Shown one piece after another: positions 37,696-49,500 of a stretch of DNA of 64,000 nucleotides (position 1 is the stretch's first letter; each line of letters opens with the position of its first letter). The DNA is from Octopus sinensis (taxonomy: Eukaryota). The translations under genes and the position numbers were made by a program. The stretch spans positions 122,450,001 to 122,514,000 of the forward strand of contig NC_043001.1 in the NCBI RefSeq assembly GCF_006345805.1. Direction: 5' to 3'. Below the pieces are notes generated by a model, which saw only the letters and a program-made list of their open reading frames with translations, did no database searches and was not told the DNA's origin.

Positions 37696-37720
37696 TTCTT
37701 ATAATGTGACTGATAGTTGG
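36269..37720 (+). mobile_element. Tx1/L1-clade LINE, 5'-truncated copy between (CT)n tracts
   Basis: RKLSLKGR...FLWRG...GGLGMP (post-RT region) and a CCHC finger CARCKRDRETVLHAIVQCP. Internal stops. (CT)n at the 5' junction and a degenerate CT-rich tail. Confidence 0.88.
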
Positions 37721-38411
37721 ATGTCAAATATACGAGTGACAGAGTAAGATGATTAAATATTTTACTGATGACGAATTGGATGCTGTTTACATGATTTATG
37801 ACAAAATGATTGATGGTAGGATGCCTGATATAGAAGGAGTGATAGATTGTAGGATCGATGAATATTGTTTTATTGACTATTGATCTGATTATGATTAGGT
37901 GATGTAGGTATTACGAATGATGGCAAAGGAACTGATAGAATAGAATGGCGGTATGCATAGATAACGAATGATAAGATCGCCAATAAGATTGATTGGTGAG
38001 TGGTCTATTATTTGACGTTTTATCTGTTTAATTGTCAAATATTACATGATCTAATATTTGTTAGTCGACTTTATATGATGGTTTAATATTTGCTAATTAA
38101 GTATTTTGTGGGTGAATAGTATCTTGTGGTCTAATAATTACGTCTCAACTCTTTGCTGCTTTAATCTTTAGCCATCCGTTGACTGACTGTTGATGCTTTT
38201 ACTATCATTATGAGTATTCTGATTTTAGAATTTGTATACTCTGTCTCTGCAAAAGACGATAACAGGATTGGCGCAAGGAAGATCATCAAATTAAACACTG
38301 TATCATAAAATTAGTAAAAGCATTTGAAAGAGCCTTAGATCACAATACCGAAGTGTATAACATTTATTATGTCTTAAGTGTATATATTAATTGAAATCAA
38401 AATCAAATTCC

Positions 38412-38945
38412 ATGACTGGCATCCGTGCTAGCGGGGTGCAAAGAGCACCATACAAGTGTGATCGTTGACAGAGCAGCTAACCGGCCTCCGTGCCAGTGGC
38501 ACATAAAAGGCACCATTCGAATATGATCGTTACCAGCGTCGCCTTACTGGAACTTGTGCCCGTGCTAGTAGGGTGCCAAGAGCACCATCCGAGCGTGATC
38601 GTTGCCAGAGCAGCCAACTGGCTTCCGTGCCGGTGGCACATAAAAGGGCACCATTCGAGCGGGATCGTTACCAACGTCGCCTCACTGGCACCCGTGCCGG
38701 TGGCATGTGTAAAAAGATTCGAGCGAGGTCATTACCAGTACCGCCTGACTGGCCCCCGAGCCGGTGGCACGTAAAAAGCACCCACTACACTCTCGGAGTG
38801 GTTGGTGTTAAGAAGGGCATCCAACTGTAGAAACTCTGCCAGATCAGATTGGAGCCTGGTGCAGCCATCTGGTTCGCCAGCCCTCAGTCAAAATCGTCCA
38901 ACCCATGCTAACATTAAAAGCGGACGTTAAACGATGATGATGAGG
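38412..38945 (+). mobile_element. SINE-like element with internal ~65-bp tandem units and a (GAT)n tail
   Basis: Repeats of GGCACATAAAAGGCACCATTCGAG..., then GGGCATCCAACTGTAGAAAC...GTTAAACGATGATGATG. A second copy lies at about 56150-56565. Confidence 0.7.
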
Positions 38946-39517
38946 AGGAGGATTCTAGCCTGGTTAGCTTTAGCACAGATCAGTAAATGTTTTGTTTACT
39001 GATTTATATATCTGAACAAGTCAGAGACTGACTGAGAGTATTAAGGGCCCTCGGGCATAACTGTTTACCGGGCCCCTTTGAATGTGTGTTTTAGTAGAGT
39101 GAACATGTAGAGTGCAGGCCCCTCAGAGCTCCGGGGGCCCTCAGGCAGTGCCCGATTTACCGACGGCTCAGTTCGCCTTTGGAACAAGTATTCTCAGCTT
39201 GGCTCAGATCGTCTGGGGTTTTCGTCAAATGAGGTTGAAACATCGTGCCAGGTGATTCTTTGGCATTTTCATTTTGAAATACATCTCTAAGATGAATTAC
39301 TACAATTAGTACCATTCCACATTTGTATATACGTTATAAATGTACACACCTCAGTACTTTTAACGAAGGTTACTTCAGTTAATTTTTTATTCCTATTCAT
39401 TATTTTGTTTTATTTTCTAACTGATTTGTCTGTCATACTGATCTTCCCGTCATGATAAAAAGTGTTTTTAAATAAAATTTAATATCAGTTCGTGAAATGT
39501 AACGAAGAAGGACTCAC

Positions 39518-39862
39518 CTTAGGTATGAATATAGCAGATTGAGTAAATAAAGCAAATAGCCAAATTATGACTGTAAGACCAGAATTCACCACAACAGGCT
39601 TTTCTCGAAACAGGTGCCAAAGAGCAATGCTACTGCTGCACAAGATGAAGACCGTCAGAATTATCAGTATCATAGGTTTAGCATCGTCCATTGAAGGTAA
39701 AGTAATGTTACGAATTTGCCAAGCTACATATAAGCCGAATGACAAAACGCTTCCTTTATAGATAAACAATAATGACATCCATATGTATTCGAACTCACAA
39801 CAACATCTGGGTACATTGATGACGCTGGATGCATTCATGTTAGATCTGGATGTTAAGTTTTC
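39518..39862 (-). CDS. GPR156: GPR156-like GPCR, exon 5 (ECL2 and TM5-TM7)
   Basis: CTTACAG acceptor and GTGAGT donor; 115 codons. RCCCEFEYIWMSLLFIYKGSVLSFGLYVAWQIRNITLPSMDDAK...IFIPK matches GABA-B/GPR156 7tm_3 motifs (YKG, LNDSK-like, FxPK). Confidence 0.93.
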
Positions 39863-40178
39863 CTGTAAGTATAGGAGTATCACAGAACAATTTTACTCAA
39901 AATTGTTCGGTTAAAGAGCGGTTGAGTTATTTCTCGTAATGTTGATAAATTTAATGATTATTTGGCAATTAGATAAAAGAGAAACATTTATTGGAAAATT
40001 TAATAAAATAGAATAGAATGCTTATTTGACAATTTAAATATAGAAAAACTATTATTTGGTAATTTAAGTAAAAATGATTTTTAATCAAAGAGAAATACAA
40101 CTGTAACTGTAGACTATATTGCGAATTTATTCATCTGTATAATATAATATACACATAACGCACACACACACACACACC

Positions 40179-40223
<45 letters not shown>

Positions 40224-41094
40224 TAAGAGCGAAGTATTGGAAGCATCAAAATTGGCGTCAATAGATTAGATTAAGAAAGTAGATATACTTTCATGTACCT
40301 CGAGGTTATATTGTATTTAATAAGACCATAAAATTATCATAATACTTTTTCTGGCTTAATCAGAGAAAAGTGCCGCTCTTATAGCAAAGCAATGAAGCTG
40401 AATGCTCTAGTTAACTCTAGTTAACTAAAACAAAGACAGATATCTGAGCTGACAACTATAGTTACATAAAATCATTTTTTAATAGAAATCATCGTAACAT
40501 GTTAACTGGAGCCAGATGAAATTAACTTCGCGTCATATACGAACTCAGGGCTAATCGCTTGTTATTTTATATGTACTCTAACAAGCTTTTTTCTTTGCAA
40601 ATAAGAATTTACTCGACAGCCATTGAAGCTGATACTTAATTCTATATACTGGATTCTCCCTGATATCAGTAAACTATGGAATTTTGGCAGCCGCCTTTAT
40701 ATCTTAGGAATATGAAAAGTACCACACATTAGAAGTAGGTTTCTACTTGGCAATAAAGGGCCCTCTGTGGTTGCTCGGCTTACGAGAAATAGCAGCCAAA
40801 TATCTCCCCCCCCTCTCTTTCTCTCTCTCTCAGCCGTCGTAAAGAAAAGACAAAATGGGCGATGTAGACCTTGGCATACAAAATAACAAGATGTTCGCGA
40901 CTGGAATATCATTGACCCTCGGTTTGTTTTTTTAGAGCTTATATGAGAATAAAAGTAACTTCAAGAGCATTGAGTTCCCAGAGTTAAACTTGCGATACAG
41001 TCTCAGTTTTCAATTGTTGTTATATATCTTGTTTTCTAAATCGGGAATGGGAAGAATGCCATGTAATCTCATATCTATAAACATTATAAATCTA

Positions 41095-41533
41095 GGATCT
41101 TTTTCAGTTTGAACGGCAGTTTTTTCTAGCGGTGTCATATGAAATTGTCACCCATAATTATGACCCTAGTATCGATCTGTTACATTTCAATCTGTTTTAA
41201 GGTTAGGGTTAGTTAGGATTAGGGTTTGGGTTAGGGGTGAGGGGAAGGGTATCTTTTTTTCTTCAGAAATGTAAATAAACCCAATCTGTTTCTTAAACGA
41301 GGGACATATGCATACGGCACAGAATGTTTTCACCTCAATGGACGTCATTGATTGGTTGAAATTGCAGAAATTGAAGAAAAAAACAACAAATATCTTACAA
41401 ACTATAGAATTTTCTCAATAAAGCCAAGAGAAAAAGATGTTTTATAAACACATTCTACCAGTATACGAAGTTTAAAAGTGTTTAGTTACGTAGAAATTAT
41501 TTTTAAAAACTGCCGGTCAAACCGGAAAGATCC
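41095..41533. mobile_element. MITE with GGATC...GATCC TIRs, internal TTAGGG-like tract and an 8-bp flanking duplication
   Basis: TIRs GGATCTTTTTCAGTTTGAACGGCAGTTTT / AAAACTGCCGGTCAAACCGGAAAGATCC. Flanks TAAATCTA and GAAATCTA (7/8 match). Related 3' ends at 42870-43009 and 50740-50865. Confidence 0.75.
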
Positions 41534-41564
41534 GAAATCTAATAAACATATAAATCTCACTTAC

Positions 41565-41687
41565 TTTGGTAATTATTGGAATAAATCGATGCTTTAATGG
41601 ATCCAGAGCTTGCCAGAACGTCATAAAAATCATGTCTACTGATAGATTTGCTCCAATGAATATAAACAACCGCAAATCTTTAATAAC
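41565..41687 (-). CDS. GPR156: GPR156-like GPCR, exon 4 (TM4)
   Basis: TTGACAG acceptor and GTAAGT donor; 41 codons. Encodes VIKDLRLFIFIGANLSVDMIFMTFWQALDPLKHRFIPIITK. Confidence 0.92.
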
Positions 41688-41789
41688 CTGTCAAATCACA
41701 TGTGCAAAATTAAATCAAATTTTACTGAAATTTCAATCATTATTATTATCATTATTATTATTATTATCATCATCATTATTATTATTATC

Positions 41790-41828
<39 letters not shown>

Positions 41829-42120
41829 GGTGGTGGTGGTGGTGCGGCTAAGTTTTCTTTAAAATTTGTTGTTTCATTAGTTGGTTTAGTAGACATTAGC
41901 TATGGAGGAAAAAATCCAAAATTATTATTTAATGCGGCCAATATTAGTCGAATCAACTTCTAGTTGATGGTATTTCTGGCGGGCCGTTTCTATTTAATAA
42001 CTCAACTGAATAATCCTTCATTATTTCTTTCTCTGCGACGTTAATGCTATCAACACGTCTATATGATATAGTATTTCTTGGCATAAGATGAAGATGTCAT
42101 TGTTTGTTGGTTTCAAAACA

Positions 42121-42493
42121 TGTGTGAAAAGTCTGGCTGCATCCGAAAAAATATATATTATGAAACAAAAATAAACACAAAATTTATTACACGAATCTGT
42201 TACCACCACGACAGTCAACTATTTAACGCTGAACACGAGTTTGATGTTGAATACATCCACGAATTTTCTGCTCAGATAGCTCTTCCCAAGACTGCAAGAC
42301 GGCTTCGTGCAATTCATGCCACGTTGTAGGGTTTTTCAGTTCAACTTTATCGACCAAAGTTAACAATGATTCTGCTAATTCCACGTGTAAACATATGCTG
42401 AATGAAACTCACTGAATAAATCTTAATTAACTGTGTTGTCAATTGTATGCACCTGACATATGCTAACGTGTATGCAGCCAGACTTTTCACACA
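42121..42493 (-). mobile_element. Internally deleted Tc1-like element
   Basis: Perfect 22-bp inverted repeats (TGTGTGAAAAGTCTGGCTGCAT). The minus strand encodes a Tc1 C-terminal remnant, NPTTWHELHEAVLQSWEEL...DCRGGN. Confidence 0.7.
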
Positions 42494-42575
42494 GAGGATA
42501 CAGTTTAAGAGTTATTGTTATGATTATCTATCTTTGAGATGACAGACTTACAATTTACGTTTCAACAACAACTAT

Positions 42576-43009
42576 CGGCGGTGTATTTTTCGTTTGTCAC
42601 TGTTATTTATGACATCTTTCGTGCGTTTGTACTGGTTTTAAGGTTTTAGGGTTATGGTTAAGGTTTAGGATTAGGGTTAGGGTTTTAGAGTTAGGGTTAG
42701 GGTTTTAGAGTTAGGGTTAGGGTTAGGGTTGTCATAAATAACAGTGGCAAACGAAATATACACCGCTGGAAGTTCTTGTTGAGAAACAACAGCAGTAATT
42801 TTATTCAGCTGAATACACGCCATTGATTGGTTGAAATTACCGAAATAGGACAACTTTAACGTTAAATAACTTCGTAGATATAAGTTTTTCTCAAAAATGC
42901 TAAGAGTAAAAGATGTTTTATATGACACACTCTACCTGTGTCCAAAGTTTGAAAGTGTTTAGTTACCAAGGATTATTTTTTAAATCTGTAGGTCAAAAGG
43001 TAAAGATCC
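42576..43009. repeat. GGATC-MITE relative with a (TTAGGG)n array inside a 39-bp inverted repeat
   Basis: IR arms 42576-42614 and 42730-42768 enclose TTAGGG/TTTTAG(A/G)G repeats. The 3' end matches the 41095-41533 element. Confidence 0.7.
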
Positions 43010-43202
43010 AAAAATCTTTGAATAACGGATAGCCTATACCTGGAAAAAGGTATAATTGTCACAGCTGGAATGTGCTTAAACACTGTACTGCTCAATCAAT
43101 GCTGACCTGGAACTAAGCCACAATTACCCACTGCGCTGACACCCAGAAAGCCATTGGATGAAAATGTAGAGATGTGTGTGTGTGTGTGTGGTTATTACTT
43201 AC

Positions 43203-43310
43203 CACCCTCTTGAAAGCTGCTTTCTTGAAGATTTGGTTGACACGCCAACATTTCGCCAAAATTGGCACCAAAATCAGTGTAAAAGAACAAACCAGAAACC
43301 AAGCACGTAT
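43203..43310 (-). CDS. GPR156: GPR156-like GPCR, exon 3 (TM3-ICL2)
   Basis: TTTCAG acceptor and GTAAGT donor; 36 codons. Encodes IRAWFLVCSFTLILVPILAKCWRVNQIFKKAAFKRV (class C KxWR motif). Confidence 0.93.
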
Positions 43311-44845
43311 CTGAAATGGAAGGCAGAGCTAAATGAGGAAAAAACTGTCTCGAATATGAGATCAAGTGAATGGAAATTATTTTGTTATTTACGTGTTGGT
43401 TCTCGAGCTCAAAACCTACTGCAAATGTGGCTATAGCACCTACTTACTGCAAGAGAACTGCTAGGAGTTTTAAGAAAAGACGACAGACATAGGTAAAATG
43501 CATGTGCAAAGGGCCCCAAATAAATGCATAAATAAATATGAATTTAATTCGACCAAAACCAGTGAAAAAAACATGTAAAGAATGTGGACCGCATCACCTT
43601 TCGTTTTTTGTTTTTTTTTTTACAGAATTCCCCATTTTCGTGTTTGTCTCCACCATCACCACTTGACAGCCGGTGTTGGTGTGTTTATGTCCCTGTAACT
43701 TAGCGGTTCGGCAAAAGACACCGATAGAATAAGTACTAGGCTTTAAAACAAAATAAGTCGTGGGGTCAAGTTCTTTGATTAAAACCCTTTAAGGTGGTGT
43801 TCCAGCATGGCCGCGGTGAAATGACTGAAACAAATAAAAGATTAAAAGAGTGTGTGCGTGTGTGTGTATGTGTGTGTGTGTGTTAGCACTATCTCCGTCA
43901 ACGTAAATTAAACTTGATCAAATATTCATCAAATACTTTTTTACTTTCTAATTTCACTGTTGTTAAATGCTTTTTTTTAATTTTCAGGAAAATTTCAATA
44001 AAACATTTGCATTTTCCATTTCCCAAGAGACATAAGCGTGTTTTTCACGCATTCAAGCCATTAAAAGTTTTCATGTTATACATCATCTGTACGTTCTATT
44101 TGGTCACATGATACAATGCGTCGTCTGCCGTTCTATTTGGTCACATGATAAAGTATGTCGTCTGCTCGCTGTATTTGCTCCTCCTTGGTTAAAATACATC
44201 GCAGCTTCCTTGAATTTTGAAGGAATTTCTTCCAACCACTGACCTGAGAGTAACTATGTACCACTTTGGAAAATTTTTCTAAGAGACCCTGAAAGTTTAT
44301 ATTATTATTTTTTTTTTCGTAGGAGTGGCTGTGCTGTAAGTAGCTTACTTACGAACCACATGGTTCCGGGTTCAGTCCCACTGCATAGCACCTTGAGCAA
44401 GTGTCTTCTACTATAGCCTCGGGCCGACCAAAGCCTTGTGAGTGGATTTGGTAGATGGAAACTGAAAGAAGCCCGTCGTATGACATGCTTTCATGACATG
44501 AAAGTATATGTGCATGAATGAGAAATAGGAAGAGAGCGACTGAGAGATAAGGGGGGAGACAGACAGACAATCACACACACAGAGAAAGGCACAAAGACAG
44601 ACAGGCACACAGGCAGACAGGCATACACAGACAGATGCACACACACACACACACACAGGCTAACAGATACAGACAGACAGACACACAGAGAAAGGCACAA
44701 AGACAGACAGGTACACAGGCAGACAAGCACACAGACAGACAGTCACACAGGCTGACCGATACACAGACAGACAGAGATTCAGAAATAGAGGCAGGTCAAT
44801 GAAAGCTCAGTAAGAGTTCTGATAATAACAGCAACAATAGTTTAC

Positions 44846-44981
44846 CTGGCATAGCAATGTTGCTGCAAAGCTGTGATATTGAGTATAGACTTGGAGACCA
44901 TAAATGAGACAACAGCTATTTGATAGCATACTTCCAGTGCAAGTCACTGCATTCAGATGTGGGCTTGACATTTTGATTAAT
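44846..44981 (-). CDS. GPR156: GPR156-like GPCR, exon 2 (ICL1-TM2)
   Basis: ATATAG acceptor and GTAAAC donor; phases 2 and 0. Encodes LIKMSSPHLNAVTCTGSMLSNSCCLIYGLQ...LLCQ (IKMSSPxLN motif). Confidence 0.93.
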
Positions 44982-45361
44982 CTATATGTGAGTTAAAAAA
45001 AGAGTCATGTAATTAGAAAGGAAAGGAAGCTAAAGAAGAAGAAGAAGAAGAAGAAGAAGAAGAAGAAGAAGAAGAAGAAGAAGAAGAAGAAGAAGAAGAA
45101 GAGAAGAAGAAAGAAAATAGAGAAATGGTGATTCAACATTAGACATTGTTTCTTTCCAGAAGGGTTTTAAATCAGAAATTATTTGTTTGGGGTGATTGTG
45201 TGGTAAATAGCTTCCTTACCAACCACATAGTCCCGGGTTCAGTTCCACTGCGTGGTACCTTGGGCAAGTGTCTTCTACTATAGCTTCAGGCCAACCAAAG
45301 CCTTGTGAGTGGATTTGGTAGACGGAAGCTGAAAGAAGCCCGTTGTATATATGTGTATATA

Positions 45362-45417
<56 letters not shown>

Positions 45418-45419
<2 letters not shown>

Positions 45420-45525
45420 TGAGTGTATTTTTACCTTGTTAACAATTAACACGGAAAATATAAATAAATAGTTACCAGGGCAGCAAAAATATTTTATTAC
45501 ACCGGCGTTAACTCCATTTTTTTTA

Positions 45526-45530
<5 letters not shown>
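45418..45530 (+). mobile_element. 113-bp mini PLE derivative flanked by (TA)n on both sides
   Basis: The first 38 nt match the reverse complement of 63421-63457. The last ~50 nt (...GCGTTAACTCCATTTTTTTTATTCAT) match the tail at 61641-61690. Confidence 0.8.
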
Positions 45531-45564
<34 letters not shown>

Positions 45565-46483
45565 GTATATGTATATGTATATATATATGTATATATATGT
45601 CTGCTCAGAAATCAAGCAAACTTCAAGAATAATAGTTAAGGTGCTGGCATAGCCATGTAGTTAAGCAGTTAGCTTCACAAACACAAGCGTCTGGGTTTGA
45701 TCCTATTATGTTGTACCTTGGTAAAGTGTCTTCTACTGGGATGTGTAAGGTTTAGTTAACAGAAACTATACTGAAGCTCATCATATATATGCATGTGTAT
45801 ATGTGTAGTTGTGCTGAAGTATTCTGGTGTAGAACAGTACATCAAGTTGTAGCTCAGTCTACCAAAGGAGATCAAATTCATCTATTTGATAAACAAGGAT
45901 CAATAAAGTTGAAAGAAGTACATGGGTGGGTGTGATCCATTGAAATTATCTTGTTGTTGTTGTTAAGCAACAAGACTGGTAAGGATGATTAGGTGATGGT
46001 CTAGGGCTTAGGGGCGAGAGACCCCAGACCTTGGAGAAAAAAAAAAACTTTGGTCATCATGTTGTAGTTGAGGGCTCTTCGTTGACACCCGACACCACTG
46101 GGTGGTGGCCCTCGAAGTCGTTGGAAATGGAAATCTCCAGGTCCAAATTCTTGAACGGCTTGAAATTCTCTTGAAAGCAATGTCTCAGCATTTTGCATTG
46201 TGATAGACTTAATCCATCACCCAGTTTAACATCTCCACCTGGCTCTAAAGTGTCTTTTCATGAGTCCTTTCTGTTACAAGAATTTGAACAGGGTCTCCAA
46301 TTTGAGGATAACTTCCATGCTTCTTAACTTCCAGTTATCATTCCCACCACTACCACCACCACCATCAAAATCATCAACCATGATAATTGTTCTTTCGCCA
46401 CTCAGTCAGTCATGATAAATATAAAACCTGATGAATGAAATTGACAACAAAAATTAAAAGCATAAAAAGAGAAAATAATTTAC

Positions 46484-46596
46484 CTGTGTTTTCTATAAAA
46501 GATATTGAAAGCCAAGAAGTGTATAGACACAATGGTACCCGTGGTGGCCAGAAAGATTGAGAGCCAAAATAGTTCCTGAGTTAAAGGTTTGTCCAT
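46484..46596 (-). CDS. GPR156: GPR156-like GPCR, first coding exon (TM1)
   Basis: ATG in AAAATGG context; encodes MDKPLTQELFWLSIFLATTGTIVSIHFLAFNIFYRKH(R). GTAAAT donor, phase 2. A strong acceptor at 46633 implies an upstream exon. An in-frame TGA lies 3 codons before the ATG. Confidence 0.85.
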
Positions 46597-49500
46597 TTTA
46601 TTTCAAACATCCATTGAGTGTGTTCCACTTCGCTACAAGACAAAAAAAAAACTAAATCAAGAAATTTATAGAATGTGATTTATTAATATTATCGCTACTG
46701 CTATTATTATTACTACTCTTCATAGGCTGTTACTGACAACCAATCAGTATCCTCGTTAGCAGCTGCAGTGCCGTTTTCATTATCATCACCATCATAGTCG
46801 TTGTCATCATCTTCATCAACATCAACATCATCGTTGTCATGGTCAGCATCTCTAACAACACAATCTGCACAATCATTACTGACATTAATATTGATTTCTA
46901 ACAGACACAACACAGCTTGTCAAATTTTGTACAGGTTTGAAATTGATCCCAGTAATTCACTGGTACTTTATTTTATCGATCAGCAGAATAGTGAAAGATT
47001 ATGTTGACCTTGGGGGATTTGAACCTAAAACATACTAAGCTGTAACTAAATACCATAAGGTGCTTTGTCTGACACTCTAATGATTCTGCCAAACAACCAT
47101 CCCTAACTATCATCAATATCACTGATCCACAAGGCAGCAAGTTAGCCGAACCATAAGCAAACTCAGCAAAATGCTTAATGGCATTTTGTCTGTCTATACA
47201 TTCTGAGTTCAAATTCTACCAAGGTCGACTTTGCCTTTCATCCTTTCAGGGTTGATGAAAATAAGTATCAGTTGAGCACTGGGGTCGATGTAATTCACTA
47301 ACCCCTCGCTTGATATTGCTGGCCTCATGCCAAAATTTGAAACCAATATTACTGGTCCACTATATTACTATCATCAGACCAGCATTACCAAAATTAATGT
47401 CAGCTAGAAGTCACCTCTGTCTTCGACAAAAACCAGTAACAATAATAACAAAGCCTGCAGTTTTTCATGGGAAGGAGTTAGCTCCAAGGACTTGAATGGT
47501 ACTTAATTTTATTGACCCTAGATGAAAGCAAAGTTGACCTCAATTAGATCTGAACTCAGAATATCAAGAGCCAGAACTAATATGGCAAGTTTTTTTTCCA
47601 ACACTTAAGCAATTTTATCAGCTCACTGTCTTAACAATAATGATTACTGCAGTAGCAACAACAATATCAAGCACTTAGGACATGTAAGAGAGAGGCAACA
47701 TACTCTGATTGCCACACCACAGACTACACAACAAGTCTTCGTTCATACGTAGATCACATAATATTTCACAATGAAAATAAACCTCATACACCATGCATTC
47801 ACTATCTCTTACAAACCACAAATTAGTTTTCTTCTATCTCACTTACAAACCACAAAACAGTTTTCATTATGACATTACAGGTCTCATAACGTCTTCATTT
47901 CTATTCTATAAACCACCCAACATAACTTTGCTATCACACTGCAGGCCAGACATGTCTTCACTCCCACACAACACTTCACAAAGCATGCCTTCACTCCTGT
48001 ACTTCGCACCACATAATATCTTCATACTACACCACACATCACACATATCTTAACTACCTCACAACAAGCCACACATCTTCACTCTGCACTATACACCGCA
48101 CAATATGCCTTCTCTCTGAACTACATGCTTCACAACATGGTTTCACTATCACACTACATGTCACACAATAGCTCCATGATTTTCAGTGTCTTAGTCAAAA
48201 AAAGGACATGGTTCCTTGTCCACTTCGAACACTTCCAAAATTAGTAGGAGGAAAGTACTGAGACTTTAGTTTCAATACTTAAGGCAACCACAGACCAGAC
48301 AGTGGTATTAAATAGGGAAGGGACGGATTAAAAGTAGCACATTTCACATTGCACATGTCCTCATTAACATACTACAACTTATATGATGTTCTCCATTCCA
48401 CACTACATCCCATGCAGCATATCTTCACTGCCATATTATTTGCTACAGTGCTACACAATCTTCTACCACATTAAACACTTACACATGTTCTCAATAGGTG
48501 CAGGAGTGGCTGTGTGGTAAGTAGCTTGCTTACCAACCTCATGGTCCCGTGTTCATTCCCACTGCGTGGCACCTTGGGCAAGTGTCTACTACTATGGCCT
48601 CGGGCTGACCAAAGCCTTCTGAGTGGATTTGGTAGATGGAAACTGAAAGAAGCCCATTGTATATATGTATATATATGTGTGTGTGTGTTTGTATATCTGT
48701 GTTTGTCCCCCCAATATCGTTTGACAACTGATGCTGATGTGTCTATGTCCCCGTAACTTAGCGGTTCAGCAAAAGAGACCAATAGAATAAGTACTAGGTT
48801 TACAAAGAATAAATCCTGGGGGTCGATTTCCTCGACTAAAGGCAGTGCTCCAGCATGGCCGTAGTCAAATGACTGAAACAAGTAAAAGAGTAAAAGAGTT
48901 ATACTGCCTCTCATGCAACCAACTACTACATCAGAGGGTGTATACTGTAGGGTCAATACACAGTGAAGTTATTATGTGACTGTAAACTATGAAAACAAGA
49001 ACAGCAGTAATAGCTGACAACTTGGTCTTGTCTTACCATCATGTGAAGTCTGGATTGCTAGAAATGGTAGTCAAAGTCTCAAAGTTTTAGCAACACCAAC
49101 ATTTTCTTCAGACTATGAAACATAATATAAAGTGAGATATTAACCTGCTGATGTTGATAATAAAGGCACTGCAGAGTGGCTGAATTTTTCATTGGTGCTC
49201 ATTGCTGATCGTTTAAGCTTAATGTGGACAATTCCTGTATAGGTATGATTATTGTTACAGAAGTGTTAAGTAGCTTAATTTTCAAGCCACCAAATTCTCG
49301 AGTGTAGAGTGGGGATTTGTTATTCCTGTAATCTGTCATGACTTGTATATGTACATTCAAAGTGACATGTATTGATGTTGTAGTCTAGCAACTAGCAAAT
49401 CTGAAGTACATGGTCAGCTGCTTTAAAGAAATAACAATAACATCAATGGCAATAGTAGTAACACCAACAAAAGTAACAATAGTAAGAACTTTATCAGTAA

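Noticed and set aside
37755-37800. CTGATGA as a hammerhead core
   Set aside because: There is no downstream GAAA with stem II/III and no stem I complement.
38412-38790. CRISPR-like array
   Set aside because: Eukaryotic context; the units are diverged tandem repeats without unique spacers, and there are no cas genes.
39020-39180. GC-rich patch with GGGCCC motifs as a hAT-type MITE
   Set aside because: Only a weak ~12-bp imperfect inverted repeat, no TSD and no second copy in the window.
45980-46340. GC-richer block as an extra GPCR exon or LINE fragment
   Set aside because: The GPCR exons already join in phase without it, and no recognisable protein motif was found.
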